From a bacterium (lineage in GTDB: Bacteria > UBA8248 > JACPRG01 > G963555815): DNA of 64,000 nucleotides. Below are positions 1 through 9,063 of this stretch, piece by piece (position 1 is the first letter of the stretch; each line of letters begins with the position of its first letter). The stretch spans positions 704,001 through 768,000 of the forward strand of contig CAUVWX020000001.1 in assembly GCA_963555815.3 (NCBI GenBank), read 5' to 3'. The notes under the pieces are model-generated. The model worked only from the letters and a program-made list of their open reading frames with translations. It was not told the DNA's origin and did no database searches. The translations under genes and the position numbers were made by a program.

Positions 1-2
1 AG

Positions 3-200
3 GCCCGCAAGTTTTTCCACGAAGTCTGTGACCCGACGTTGGAAGACTGGAAGGCATCAGTCATAGAGATTCGTAAAAAAACCACTAATCCGACAACCTT
101 CAAATCGGAGAGCGCGGAATCGCCGAGAAGCATTAGAGTCAAGCGTATATGTTCCGTCAGCAAGAAGACAACGCATGAAGAGACGGTATTGGCGGCGTAG
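3..200 (+). CDS. C-terminal part of hypothetical protein (possible HicB-like antitoxin partner), truncated by window edge
   Basis: Open frame from window start to TAG at 198-200 (ARKFFHEVCDPTLEDW...VLAA), ending 2 nt before the HicA-like ORF; low GC like its neighbour. Confidence 0.4.
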   Translation, partial: ARKFFHEVCDPTLEDWKASVIEIRKKTTNPTTFKSESAESPRSIRVKRICSVSKKTTHEETVLAA

Positions 201-202
201 AC

Positions 203-460
203 ATGTCCTCTTTTGGCAGAGTCAAGTTGACAACAGTTTGGAAGATGCTACAAAAATGTGCTTCCGATTACGAGGCCATTGAGGGAGAGCACTACTACGA
301 GATCAGATACAAAGGAAAAACCTTTCTCCGTTTGTCAACAAGTCCACACAAGAAGAATAAGAATCAGTCTGAAATTGAAATAGGCCATGTCAGACAGATG
401 GTTCGACACCTTGATATTGATTCTGCCTGTGCAAAAAAAGAATTGCCTGCCCTTAGGTAA
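203..460 (+). CDS. HicA-like (dsRBD-fold) toxin candidate
   Basis: 85 aa basic protein; GEH at the position of the HicA GSH motif and C-terminal H..EI..G.VR.M.R.L.I pattern. Confidence 0.5.
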   Translation: MSSFGRVKLTTVWKMLQKCASDYEAIEGEHYYEIRYKGKTFLRLSTSPHKKNKNQSEIEIGHVRQMVRHLDIDSACAKKELPALR

Positions 461-533
461 ACCGCCACTCTTAACCCCCTTCAAGCGCAAATCTCCTAAT
501 TGTTTTAAGGGGATTACGAAATGTTGTTTTGGG

Positions 534-974
534 TTATAATTCCCTAAAGGAAATATCAAGGTTCTTCCCAATGCTCTTTCGGCCCCAGCCACGCGCCCCG
601 TGGACGTGCGGCCACGCTCGGCGCGAGATTTTGGCGCTATCGAGCCATGTGCCTGGAAGCTGTTCAAGTCCGCACCTCGTCATGGCGCGTTCAAACGCTA
701 CGCGGTCGAATGCCGTATGGCTCACCAGTACCGAGCCACGCAAACGACGGCGTAACTCATCGCGCACTTCGGGCAGAGCGGGACTGCCCCTGGCGGTGGA
801 TTCGTCGATCCCGTGAATCTCGATGTTCCATGGGTCGAACCAATTCTCGGGATCGGTCAGGGTCTTCCATTGGTCTCGGATTTCGCCGTCTCGGACATGG
901 GCAACCCCAATTTGGCAGATGCTGGCGCGATCTGCGTTGGCGGTTTCCACGTCGATGAAATTGAACGTCAGCAT
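534..974 (-). pseudogene. DEDDh 3'-5' exonuclease (DNA pol III epsilon-like), C-terminally truncated
   Basis: MLTFNFIDVETANADRASICQIG (ExoI) and SHTAFD (ExoII) present; stops at ISFREL* where the ExoIII HxAxxD motif should be, at an abrupt switch to AT-rich DNA. Confidence 0.75.
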
Positions 975-1175
975 GCTTGGTCGTCCCGCGACATCATCTC
1001 CGTAGTATAACCAACGATACCGTCCGCGCCCACATCGCGCGCGAAGGTGCGCGATGTCTTCGGTTTGCGCGTGGAAGTTGTCCGGGTTCGCAGAGAGCCG
1101 GAAACCATGGGGAACCCGTCCTTCGCGCGGCCGGCACTTCAGCATCCGATGCACCGCTTAGAGGCCGAAGTCCGG

Positions 1176-1241
1176 ATGTCCCGCACCCTGGTCGGCAAGC
1201 TGCTCGGGCACCGACGACACGCCGCCACATGATACGCACGC
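1176..1241 (+). pseudogene. Tyrosine recombinase/integrase C-terminal remnant
   Basis: MSRTLVGKLLGHRRHAAT*YAR matches box II (LLGH...T..Y) with a stop just before the catalytic Tyr. Confidence 0.55.
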
Positions 1242-1508
1242 CCCTGCCTCCCCGGCACCGGCAGGCAGGTCCGACGACGACCGCCTTGTCGAGGCCGCCG
1301 AGCACGTCGGCAAAGCTATTGCGGCGGCGATGGTGGAACAGGGCGGGCCGGCCGCCGCAGGCACCAAGGCAATCGTGGAAAACGCGCCGGAAGGGGAAAT
1401 CGTTGTCGGGCGCGAGCGCTGGTTCCTCGTCAAAGAGAAACGGACGAATATAAAGGTTTCTACTCGAATGGAAGTGGATGAGTTTTATGTGCTTGAGCTT
1501 CTGGAGGA

Positions 1509-1730
1509 TCAAGCCTTTGCTTGACGCCGTTTCTCGGCCAATTTCTCTTGGCGCCGTTCCTCGGTCACCCGGATATAATCTTCAATCTGTTCCGGCGTCG
1601 GGACGGGCAAGCCGCCCTTGATATATTCTTCTGAAGACCAGGGGGTCCCATCCGCATGCCATACGAGTTGGCCCCATGGCTCAGCGAAGCGTTTTCCGAG
1701 TTCGTTTCCGGGAGTCATATCTGTATACAT
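1509..1730 (-). CDS. hypothetical protein
   Basis: 73 aa ATG ORF with protein-like composition (charged helical C-terminus); no family recognised. Confidence 0.35.
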   Translation of the reverse strand: MYTDMTPGNELGKRFAEPWGQLVWHADGTPWSSEEYIKGGLPVPTPEQIEDYIRVTEERRQEKLAEKRRQAKA

Positions 1731-1814
1731 AACGCTAGGGGTTGATGGAATGCGTGTTTTCCATGTCCCTTGGCGGTGGGATCAGAACTTCCGCCGCCGG
1801 AGGATGGCTATCGC

Positions 1815-2687
1815 TCAAAACCTGTATTTCATGGCGAGGCTCAATCCCCAGAACTGGATATCGTCTGTCTGTACCCCGTAGAGAATTGGATCACCGCCGG
1901 GGCCGGTGAGCGACGCATGGCTGCGAAGTTGGTCCCAGGATTTCCCGTCGACCTCGAATTCGCCGTAATCGGCCCAGCGAAACTTCAGCCCCAGCGTGAC
2001 CCGGTCGCGGAGCGGATAATCCACACCGCCGATCAACTGGTAACCGAACACATCATCCGAAAACATCTCTTTGGCGACGGTGGCCGTTCCGGCAAGAGGC
2101 CCCTCCAACTCCGTAGACCGCGTGAAGTTGGCGGAATAATCAAGCGAGACGTGTGACCAGCCAAATCCCACTCCGACATACGGTGTAAACTTCGTGTCGA
2201 TGGGGATGGGGATGTCATAATAACCATTGACGAAGATATTGTGGGATCCAAGGCCGCCGAGCCTGGCGGAAGAGGTGATAACTTCCCTAAAAGCTTTCAA
2301 GTTCGTCACGCCATCGAACGAGGACTCGTTCTCATCGTCATGGGCCGTGGTGCGATAGAAATACTCCCCCTCGATTCTGAAGTCTCTGAAGCGGTAGCCC
2401 AACGCGAGGCCGGACAAGACGCCTGCAGCCCCGTCAAACGCGTTCTTCCAGCCGTTCCCGCGTGTCGAACAACCGGCATTGCTCGGATCACCTCCGAGGA
2501 ACCCATCGCACGCTGAGCTGGAGAGGAAATCGTTGTCCTGGCCGGATAGCGTGACCTCCGGAGAGATCGCCAGCCCCAGCTCCAGGCCGCCATACCATCC
2601 GTTCGACTCGGCGGCGTTGGCGGACAGTAACGGCATCGTCGCCAGGAAAAGAGCGACCGCTCCCAACTTCATCCTTAATGATTTCAT
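1815..2687 (-). CDS. outer-membrane beta-barrel protein (opacity/OmpA-TM-like)
   Basis: GGAGGAG RBS then MKSLRMKLGAVALFLA signal peptide; GWYGGLELG, FRIEGEY, PYVGVGFG strands; terminal YRF. Confidence 0.85.
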   Translation of the reverse strand: MKSLRMKLGAVALFLATMPLLSANAAESNGWYGGLELGLAISPEVTLSGQDNDFLSSSACDGFLGGDPSNAGCSTRGNGWKNAFDGAAGVLSGLALGYRFRDFRIEGEYFYRTTAHDDENESSFDGVTNLKAFREVITSSARLGGLGSHNIFVNGYYDIPIPIDTKFTPYVGVGFGWSHVSLDYSANFTRSTELEGPLAGTATVAKEMFSDDVFGYQLIGGVDYPLRDRVTLGLKFRWADYGEFEVDGKSWDQLRSHASLTGPGGDPILYGVQTDDIQFWGLSLAMKYRF

Positions 2688-2999
2688 CCTGAAACTCCTC
2701 CTCCCCGATGGGCGGTTCTGCTCATGCCGAAGGCTCGCCAGCCGTGCCGCCCGAAGCACGCGCAAACCCAACATCGACGAAGTAGGACTCGACCCCGCCG
2801 CCCGTTTCGTGTCCGCTCCCGCCATCATTTCTATTATCTCCGAAAACAGCACGCACGTGCAAGACCCGCCGCCCCCGCGACATCGACCATGGCATGAGTG
2901 ACCCCCAACGATGACCAGGCCGGTGCGCATTATGCGACGGGCGCGTGGCCGGGCGGAACCAGGCCGGCGACATCGCCGCAAACGCCATGCGTTCCACCG

Positions 3000-3227
3000 T
3001 CATCGCCGGCGCCCTGCGATGATCTTCCCGCCCCCTTCCGTTGGGTGGACCACCTTGACGTCGCCGAAACGGACGAAGTACATGTTGTCGCCGACGTCGC
3101 CCATGTGACAAACAGGCTGGTGGATCCCCACCTGCTTCACCACCACGTGCTGGGCCACCAGGGCCAGGTCTTCCTCACTGAGGGATAGCAAGAGGGCGAT
3201 CTGGCGAAGCTCGGAAGCTAGACTCAT
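3000..3227 (-). pseudogene. cyclic-nucleotide-binding domain fragment
   Basis: LRQIALLLSLSEEDL...GDVGDNMYFVRFGDVKV is a cNMP N-terminus; the expected GAGD continuation is in a shifted frame and then lost. Confidence 0.7.
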
Positions 3228-3520
3228 AGGGAAGGTCCCGTCAGGACAGGAGTTGTGGGATGTACACCTCGACCAAGAACACGTTTGTAGCCTATCAAGA
3301 CCACCCAAAGCAAAATTTCCGCACATTTTTTTTTCATATACCACCTTTCCCCCCTGCCCATCAACCCTGGGGGGATCTCCCGGCGATTGAGATGGATGAG
3401 GCGTTGGGCAAGAGAAACCCCTGAGGGACGAAAGGGGCCCTTTCATCTTGACAGGGTGTGAGATATCCATAGGTTATAGGGACCAAAGGGACTTCTAGGG
3501 AATATGGAAGAGGTGGGCTA

Positions 3521-4777
3521 ATGGGGAGAGAAATGCGCTGGGCCACCGGGGTTGCGGTGGTCCTCCTTCTGCTGAGCGGATGCGGACCTGGCGCCTCCTC
3601 TTCAGACACACTTTCCGGAATCATCACGGTGGCGCCGGAGTTTGGAACCGAGGCCCCGGCGAGGGGGCTCCTTCTAATCGTTGCTCGGCCTTCGGCTCCG
3701 GGAGCTGAGGGCCCCTCTTCGGAACCCCCCCTGGCCCTGCAACGGATCCGGGACCCCAAATTTCCCCTCACCTATTACCTCAGCCGCGAAGACCGGCTAA
3801 ATCCCTCGGACCCCGAGGACCGATTCACCGGACCCGTCTATATCCAGGTTTTCCTGGACGGGAGAGGGGTAGCGGATCGTAGCGATTCGGTTCGCCTCGA
3901 GGGAAGTCACGAAAGAAACCCGGTCTGGGTGGGAGACCACGAGGCGCATGTTGTCCTTCGAAAACGCCAGGAAGCGGGCGTTCCGCGTTGGGTGTCGGAG
4001 GTCGTTGCTTTGGGAAACCGGCGACCTCGGGGCCGCGCGCACCCGGAGGGACCTCCCCCTGAGCGGGCGGAGACGGCGACTTTAGGCCGGGGTGTCTCTG
4101 GGACGATTCGCCTGGCCTCTGATCTGAGAGAGGCGGTCTCCCCTGGGGCGGTTCTCTTCATCATCCTGAGACAGGGAGGGGGTCCACCCCTGGCGGTTAA
4201 ACGGGTCTCACAACCACGGTTCCCCCTCGCATATTCCGTGGGGGAGGAAGATCGCATGATCGCCGAAGAAGGGGCCTTCGAGGGGTCCGTAGACATTGTG
4301 GCGCGCCTGGACCGGGACGGGGTGGCCGGGCCGCCCGAGCCCGGGGACCTGGAGGGACGCTTGCAAGGGGCAGTCATCGGGAACCAGGAGGTCAACATCG
4401 TCATTGACAATCGCTTTGGTGCAGTTGAATCGCCGACCTTGGGCCGGACGGTCTCTGGAACGATTCAACTCTCCCCCGAGCTGCGGCAAGAAATCTCTCC
4501 TGAGGCCGTGCTCTTCATCATCCTGAGACAGGGGAGAGGGCCACCCTTGGCGGTGAAGCGGATCTTCCAACCGCAGTTCCCACTGGCGTATTCCGTGGGG
4601 GCGGAAGATCGCATGGCGGCGCGGGGGCGGGCCTTTGAGGGGCCTGTGGAGGTGGTGGCCCGTCTGGACCGGGACGGAACGGCCGGGTTGCCTGGGCCAG
4701 GGGACCTGGAGGGACGCTTAGAAGGGGTGGTTATCGGGGACGGGGAGGTGAACGTCCTCATCAATAGGCAGTATTAA
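3521..4777 (+). CDS. lipoprotein with three CcmI/CycH C-terminal-like Ig domains
   Basis: Lipobox LSGC; three repeats of SG.I.L..LFIILR..GPPLAVKR..FPL.Y...EDRM...ARLDRDG...PGDLEG. Confidence 0.7.
   Translation: MGREMRWATGVAVVLLLLSGCGPGASSSDTLSGIITVAPEFGTEAPARGLLLIVARPSAPGAEGPSSEPPLALQRIRDPKFPLTYYLSREDRLNPSDPEDRFTGPVYIQVFLDGRGVADRSDSVRLEGSHERNPVWVGDHEAHVVLRKRQEAGVPRWVSEVVALGNRRPRGRAHPEGPPPERAETATLGRGVSGTIRLASDLREAVSPGAVLFIILRQGGGPPLAVKRVSQPRFPLAYSVGEEDRMIAEEGAFEGSVDIVARLDRDGVAGPPEPGDLEGRLQGAVIGNQEVNIVIDNRFGAVESPTLGRTVSGTIQLSPELRQEISPEAVLFIILRQGRGPPLAVKRIFQPQFPLAYSVGAEDRMAARGRAFEGPVEVVARLDRDGTAGLPGPGDLEGRLEGVVIGDGEVNVLINRQY
4078..4765 (+). repeat. intragenic tandem duplication, two units of about 330 bp spaced 357 bp
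   Basis: Shared nucleotide blocks (ctcttcatcatcctgagacaggg, ctggaccgggacgg, ggggacctggagggacgctt) at 357-bp offset. Confidence 0.85.
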
Positions 4778-4851
4778 TCGATTTTAAACGGATTAAAGGG
4801 TTTCGAGCAGCAGACTATAGTCTGAATTCTGGAAGGAATTTCAGCGGTGGG

Positions 4852-4935
4852 GCCGAAGTGGCGGAATTGGTAGACGCGCTAGGTTCAGGGTCTAGTGGGG
4901 GCAACCCCGTGGGAGTTCGAGTCTCCCCTTCGGCA
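4852..4935 (+). tRNA. tRNA-Leu (anticodon CAG)
   Basis: GCCGAAG/CTTCGGC acceptor stem, D-loop GGAATTGGTAGAC, anticodon arm CTAGG-TTCAGGG-TCTAG, long variable arm, GTTCGAG T-loop; CCA not perfectly encoded (ACCC). Confidence 0.95.
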
Positions 4936-4956
4936 CCCATTCGCCAATCGGTGAGA

Positions 4957-4985
4957 TTGTCCTTCCAATCCATGTAAAATATGAT
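4957..4985 (+). promoter_or_regulatory. sigma70-like promoter of hppA leader
   Basis: TTGTCC-N17-TATGAT. Confidence 0.5.
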
Positions 4986-4991
4986 TTAGTG

Positions 4992-5092
4992 TCTGGTGGA
5001 CAGGAGGCGAAGGCCACCGGTCGCTCTTGAGCGACGGGTGAGACCCTAAGGAGCTTTGAGGACGTCGGTCCGCCGGAGACGTCCTCCTTTTT
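4992..5092 (+). ncRNA. candidate cis-regulatory leader (attenuator/riboswitch-like) upstream of hppA
   Basis: Successive hairpins GGTGG..CCACC, GTCGCTC/GAGCGAC, GGG-TGAGA-CCC followed by an intrinsic terminator 45 nt before the ATG. Confidence 0.45.
5058..5092 (+). terminator. intrinsic terminator in hppA 5' leader
   Basis: GAGGACGTC-N11-GACGTCCTC followed by CTTTTT. Confidence 0.7.
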
Positions 5093-5136
5093 GTACCCAA
5101 CGAGAAAGTTTATCTCTAGAGGAAAAAAAGCGCCGA

Positions 5137-7656
5137 ATGAAGCGACACGGTCAGGTCAGACGCTATCTCCCCCCGTTGATCGGGCTTGGCTTCCTGCTTT
5201 TGGCCTACGCCGTTGCGTCGAGTCAGGGGACGTCAGCCGCGACCCATGGCGTAGAAAGGGCCTTTCATGTCTTTAGCTTTCTGAGCGACCCCCTGTTTAC
5301 CCCCCTTGAGCGTTTTGCCCTCTTCACCGTCCTGGCGGTCGCCCTGGCGGGGCTTGCCTATGCGGCCCTTCTGGCAAGGCAGATTCGGAGTGCTGACAAC
5401 GGGACAGAGAAGATGCAGCAAGTCGCTATGGCCATTCGCACCGGCGCTAATTCGTACCTGGCCCGGCAGCTGAAGACGGTCGTCCTCCTCGTCCTCGTCC
5501 TCACGGCCATTCTCTATTTCGTCGCCGTGGGCTCGGCGGGCCAGGAGGTCGCAGCGGGGCGGGCCTTTGCCTTCCTGATGGGGGCCACCTTCTCCGGCAT
5601 GGTGGGCTTCGTGGGGATGCGCTTTGCGACGACGGGAAATCTCCGGGTGGCCTCTGCCGCGCGTCATAGCTTTGGGGGGGCCCTTCAGCTGGGCTACAGG
5701 ACGGGGACCATCACGGGGATGCTGACAGACGGCCTCGGGCTTCTTGGGGGGACCATTATCTTTATGGCTTTCGGGGAGAGGGCCTTCGAGGTCCTCTTGG
5801 GGTTTGGTTTTGGCGCGACGCTTCTCGCCCTCTTCATGCGTGTCGGCGGCGGGATCTACACCAAAGGGGCAGACGTCGGGGCCGACCTCGTCGGCAAGAT
5901 CGAGAAAGACATCCCCGAGGACGACCCCCGAAACGCGGCCACCATCGCCGACAACGTCGGGGACAACGTGGGGGACTGCGCCGGTATGGCGGCGGACATC
6001 TTCGAGTCTTATGAGGTGACCATTGTGGCCGCCATGATCCTCGGCTGGGCGAGCTTCGGCCACAAAGGGGTCATCTTTCCCCTCTTGGTGAGGGCGACGG
6101 GGGTCGTGGCCTCTATCATCGGGACCTATCTGGTGCGGGCCGGTGACAAGGGGGACGTGAAGGCGGCCATGCGCTCCATCAACGTGGGCTTCTGGGTCTC
6201 CTCGGTCATCTCCGTCATCGGTTTTTTTCTGATCGGCTTTTACTACCTGAATTTCACTGAGCAGGATCTTCGCATCCTGGTCCAGCTCCGGGGCGAGGAC
6301 GTCCTTCAGATCATGCACGTGGGGCTCGACATGCGGCCTGCGTGGACGACCTTCATCGGGATTCTCCTGGCCATCGCCCTGAATCGGTCCACGGAGTATT
6401 TCACGGGGACCCAATTCTCTCCGGTCAAAGGGCTCGCCAAGGCTTGCCAGACAGGACACGCCACCAACATCATTCAGGGGTTTGCCGTCGGTTATGAGAG
6501 CGCCGTCTCGGCCATTCTGGTGATTGCGGCTGCCATCTTCGGTTCGGTATTGGTTTATCAGGGGACCTCGCCCATCTTTGTGGCCTATGGCGTTGCCATG
6601 TGCGGGATCGGGATGCTGACCCTCACGGGCAACACCCTCTCCATGGATGTATTCGGTCCTGTGGCCGACAACGCCAACGGCATCGGGGAGATGGCTTACG
6701 ACCGAGAGGAGATGGGGGAGAAGAACTACAAGGAAGCCCGCCAGACCCTGGCTGATCTGGACGCCGTCGGCAACACGACCAAGGCCATCACCAAGGGGAT
6801 CGCCATTGGCTCCGCGGTCATCGCAGCGGTGTCCCTCTTTGCAAGCTTCGTTACTATCTTGGCGGGGGGATCGGAGGGGGCGGTGGGGCAGATCAGCTTG
6901 GCGCAGTATTACGAGGGGGCCGCAAAGCTCTCGGTCGCCATCCCGGAGGTCTTCATCGGCCTCCTCATTGGGGGGGCCATCCCCTTCCTCTTCAGCTCCA
7001 TGTTGATCCGCGCTGTGGGACGCGCGGGCGCTCTCATCGTTAGGGAGGTTCGCGCTCAGTTCAGGGATAAGGAGATATGGGAAGGGACTAAGACCCCCGA
7101 CTATGGCCGCGTCGTTGGGATCTGCACGGCCACGGCCCAGAAGGAGCTCATCGGCCCGGGACTTCTCGCCATCCTGACGCCGGTGCTGGTGGGATTCCTG
7201 CTGGGGCCTTTTGCCCTGGGCGGTTTTCTGGCCGGACTCATCCTCTCTGGGCAGCTCCTAGCCGTCTTTATGGCCAACGCGGGAGGGGCCTGGGACAACG
7301 CCAAGAAGATCATTGAGGACGGCCTCTATGGCGGAAAGGGCAGTGAGTCCCACAAGGCCGGGGTGACCGGAGACACCGTCGGAGACCCTCTCAAGGACAC
7401 CGCCGGTCCGGCCATCAACCCTCTCATCAAGGTCATGAACCTGGTCTCTCTTCTGGCCCTGCCGCTCGTACTCAGGTACAACATCACCCAGGGAGTGAGC
7501 CCCGGCGCCATCTCCTGGACCGTCATCGGCATTGCTCTGCTGGCCATCCTGTGGGCGGTTTGGCAATCCCGGCGGGAGACGGCGGAGATGCACCTGATGG
7601 AGGTTGCGGGGGAAGACCAAGCACCCGCAGGAAGCTCTCCTCCTTCCGAGGCTTGA
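5137..7656 (+). CDS. hppA: membrane-bound ion-translocating pyrophosphatase, K+-independent signature
   Basis: GGGIYTKGADVGADLVGK, EDDPRN, DNVGDNVGD, GNTTKA (Lys = K+-independent), GDTVGDPLKDTAGP; ATG at 5137. Confidence 0.95.
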   Translation: MKRHGQVRRYLPPLIGLGFLLLAYAVASSQGTSAATHGVERAFHVFSFLSDPLFTPLERFALFTVLAVALAGLAYAALLARQIRSADNGTEKMQQVAMAIRTGANSYLARQLKTVVLLVLVLTAILYFVAVGSAGQEVAAGRAFAFLMGATFSGMVGFVGMRFATTGNLRVASAARHSFGGALQLGYRTGTITGMLTDGLGLLGGTIIFMAFGERAFEVLLGFGFGATLLALFMRVGGGIYTKGADVGADLVGKIEKDIPEDDPRNAATIADNVGDNVGDCAGMAADIFESYEVTIVAAMILGWASFGHKGVIFPLLVRATGVVASIIGTYLVRAGDKGDVKAAMRSINVGFWVSSVISVIGFFLIGFYYLNFTEQDLRILVQLRGEDVLQIMHVGLDMRPAWTTFIGILLAIALNRSTEYFTGTQFSPVKGLAKACQTGHATNIIQGFAVGYESAVSAILVIAAAIFGSVLVYQGTSPIFVAYGVAMCGIGMLTLTGNTLSMDVFGPVADNANGIGEMAYDREEMGEKNYKEARQTLADLDAVGNTTKAITKGIAIGSAVIAAVSLFASFVTILAGGSEGAVGQISLAQYYEGAAKLSVAIPEVFIGLLIGGAIPFLFSSMLIRAVGRAGALIVREVRAQFRDKEIWEGTKTPDYGRVVGICTATAQKELIGPGLLAILTPVLVGFLLGPFALGGFLAGLILSGQLLAVFMANAGGAWDNAKKIIEDGLYGGKGSESHKAGVTGDTVGDPLKDTAGPAINPLIKVMNLVSLLALPLVLRYNITQGVSPGAISWTVIGIALLAILWAVWQSRRETAEMHLMEVAGEDQAPAGSSPPSEA

Positions 7657-7691
7657 CGAAGGGAACCAGCCGCTTAAGAGGGAGAGGTGGT

Positions 7692-8582
7692 ATGGTCGCT
7701 GAGTCCAGGTATCACCGTTCTTGGCACTATCGCGTGATGGCGGAGCAGCCGGAGTTGCTCGCGGAATTTCCCGCCGAGATGCTCCCTCCCGCCACCCTCA
7801 AAAAGCTCAAAGAGACGCCCAGCCTCGCCCTCGGGGAGATCGCCGGCCGGGACGCCATTGCCGCCATCATCCAACTTGTGGAGGAGGGAAAGGTGGGGGC
7901 GGTCTTGCCGACCGTGGCCTACAATGGGGCCCAGTGTGGGGAACTCGAAAGCATTTACCATGCTCAGGAAATCCTGTCCAAGCGCCTGGGGAAAGATCGG
8001 CTCTTCGAGCCCCTGTTCCTCGGTTCTCCCAAGTTCTGGCAGGCCCTCACCCTTCGCTTTGTGGACGAGCTGCAAGAGCGCTTTGGTTTCTTCACCCCCT
8101 ACGTGGGCTGTCATCTTTACGTCCACGCCGTCCGGATCCCTCTAGCGAAGAAGCTGGGCTGTCGGTTCATCATCTCGGGAGAGCGGGAATCCCATGACGG
8201 GGCTGTGAAGCTCACCCAAACCCCGGCTGTGCTTGACGCCTACCGGAATGCCGTGGCCGAGTTTGGGCTGGAACTCCTTCAACCCCTGCGGGATGTGGAA
8301 CGGGGAGGGGCGGTGGTCGAGATCCTGAAGGAGGATTGGGCCCAGGGAAAACGCCAACTCCGTTGCGCCCTCAGCGGCAACTACAAAGACTCAGACGGGT
8401 GCGTGGATTTCGGAGAAGGACGCCGATTCAGCGACGAGAAGTCCCGCCACTTCCTTGACGCCTACGCCGTCCCCCTGACCCGAAGGATCCTGACCAAGCT
8501 CTGCCGGGGAGAGCAGGTGGGTTATGAAGCCGAAGCGGCCGCCTGCCTTGCCGCCTTAAAGGGCGTTCCCGCCTGCAGTTGA
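7692..8582 (+). CDS. hypothetical protein, adenine-nucleotide alpha-hydrolase (PP-loop)-like
   Basis: GGAGAGG RBS; IAGRDA resembles PP-loop SGGxDS; GCHLYVH, ISGERESH motifs. Confidence 0.6.
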   Translation: MVAESRYHRSWHYRVMAEQPELLAEFPAEMLPPATLKKLKETPSLALGEIAGRDAIAAIIQLVEEGKVGAVLPTVAYNGAQCGELESIYHAQEILSKRLGKDRLFEPLFLGSPKFWQALTLRFVDELQERFGFFTPYVGCHLYVHAVRIPLAKKLGCRFIISGERESHDGAVKLTQTPAVLDAYRNAVAEFGLELLQPLRDVERGGAVVEILKEDWAQGKRQLRCALSGNYKDSDGCVDFGEGRRFSDEKSRHFLDAYAVPLTRRILTKLCRGEQVGYEAEAAACLAALKGVPACS

Positions 8583-8742
8583 CGCGCTCCCCTGGACCGA
8601 GACCAAATGGTTCAGAGAACGAGATAAAGATCCGCACGTCTTCCTAGAACCAGGAGGGGGGTTGGAAGGCGCTCGCCTTAGGCGGGGTGTTACCTTCATA
8701 TGAACCCCCACCTCCCGCAGGGGTGGTACCGCTTCTACCTTC

Positions 8743-9063
8743 TCAAGTGCCCCACGCCTCAAGCCCCCCCTTGAGGGCCGAGACCTTGAGATAACCCTTT
8801 TCCATCAGTCTGACCACCGAACCGGCGGACGAGCCTTCGCCCCCTCAGGTACAGTAGAGGACAATATGCTGCTCCGGGCTTAAGATCTCATGGCGTTGGT
8901 CGAGTTCTTCTTTGGGGATGGAGATGGCCCCCGACACGTGGCGGCTTCGGAAGCTCTCAGTGCTCCGCGCGTCCACGATGACCAGGTCGGCGCCCTTCCG
9001 CCTGAGTTCTTGGACTTCCAGGGGGATGATTCGGGAAATCTGTTCAGCGGTTACCGTCGTCAT
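8743..9063 (-). CDS. rhodanese-domain selenoprotein (C-T-U), read through UGA at 8845-8847
   Basis: AAAGGAGG RBS, MTTVTAEQ...IVDAR..F...HVSGAISIP...IVLYCT-UGA-GGEGSSAGSVVRLMEKGYLKVSALKGGLEAWGT*; the rhodanese C-terminal half (LKGGLEAW) lies in frame after the UGA. Confidence 0.88.
8809..8832 (-). promoter_or_regulatory. bacterial SECIS-like hairpin (rhodanese)
   Basis: CCGCCG-GTT-CGGTGG stem-loop; GGT at +22 to +24 after the UGA. Confidence 0.7.

Noticed and set aside
5233..6459. Long antisense ORFs (also 22670-23839, 26607-27734, 44897-45805, 47635-48555)
   Set aside because: Shadows of real high-GC genes on the opposite strand, with no motifs or RBS
8574..8627. C-S-TGA at the end of the 7692-8582 gene as a third selenoprotein
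   Set aside because: A weak hairpin follows, but there is no GGT at +22, only 14 codons of unremarkable extension and no recognisable motif; treated as a true stop
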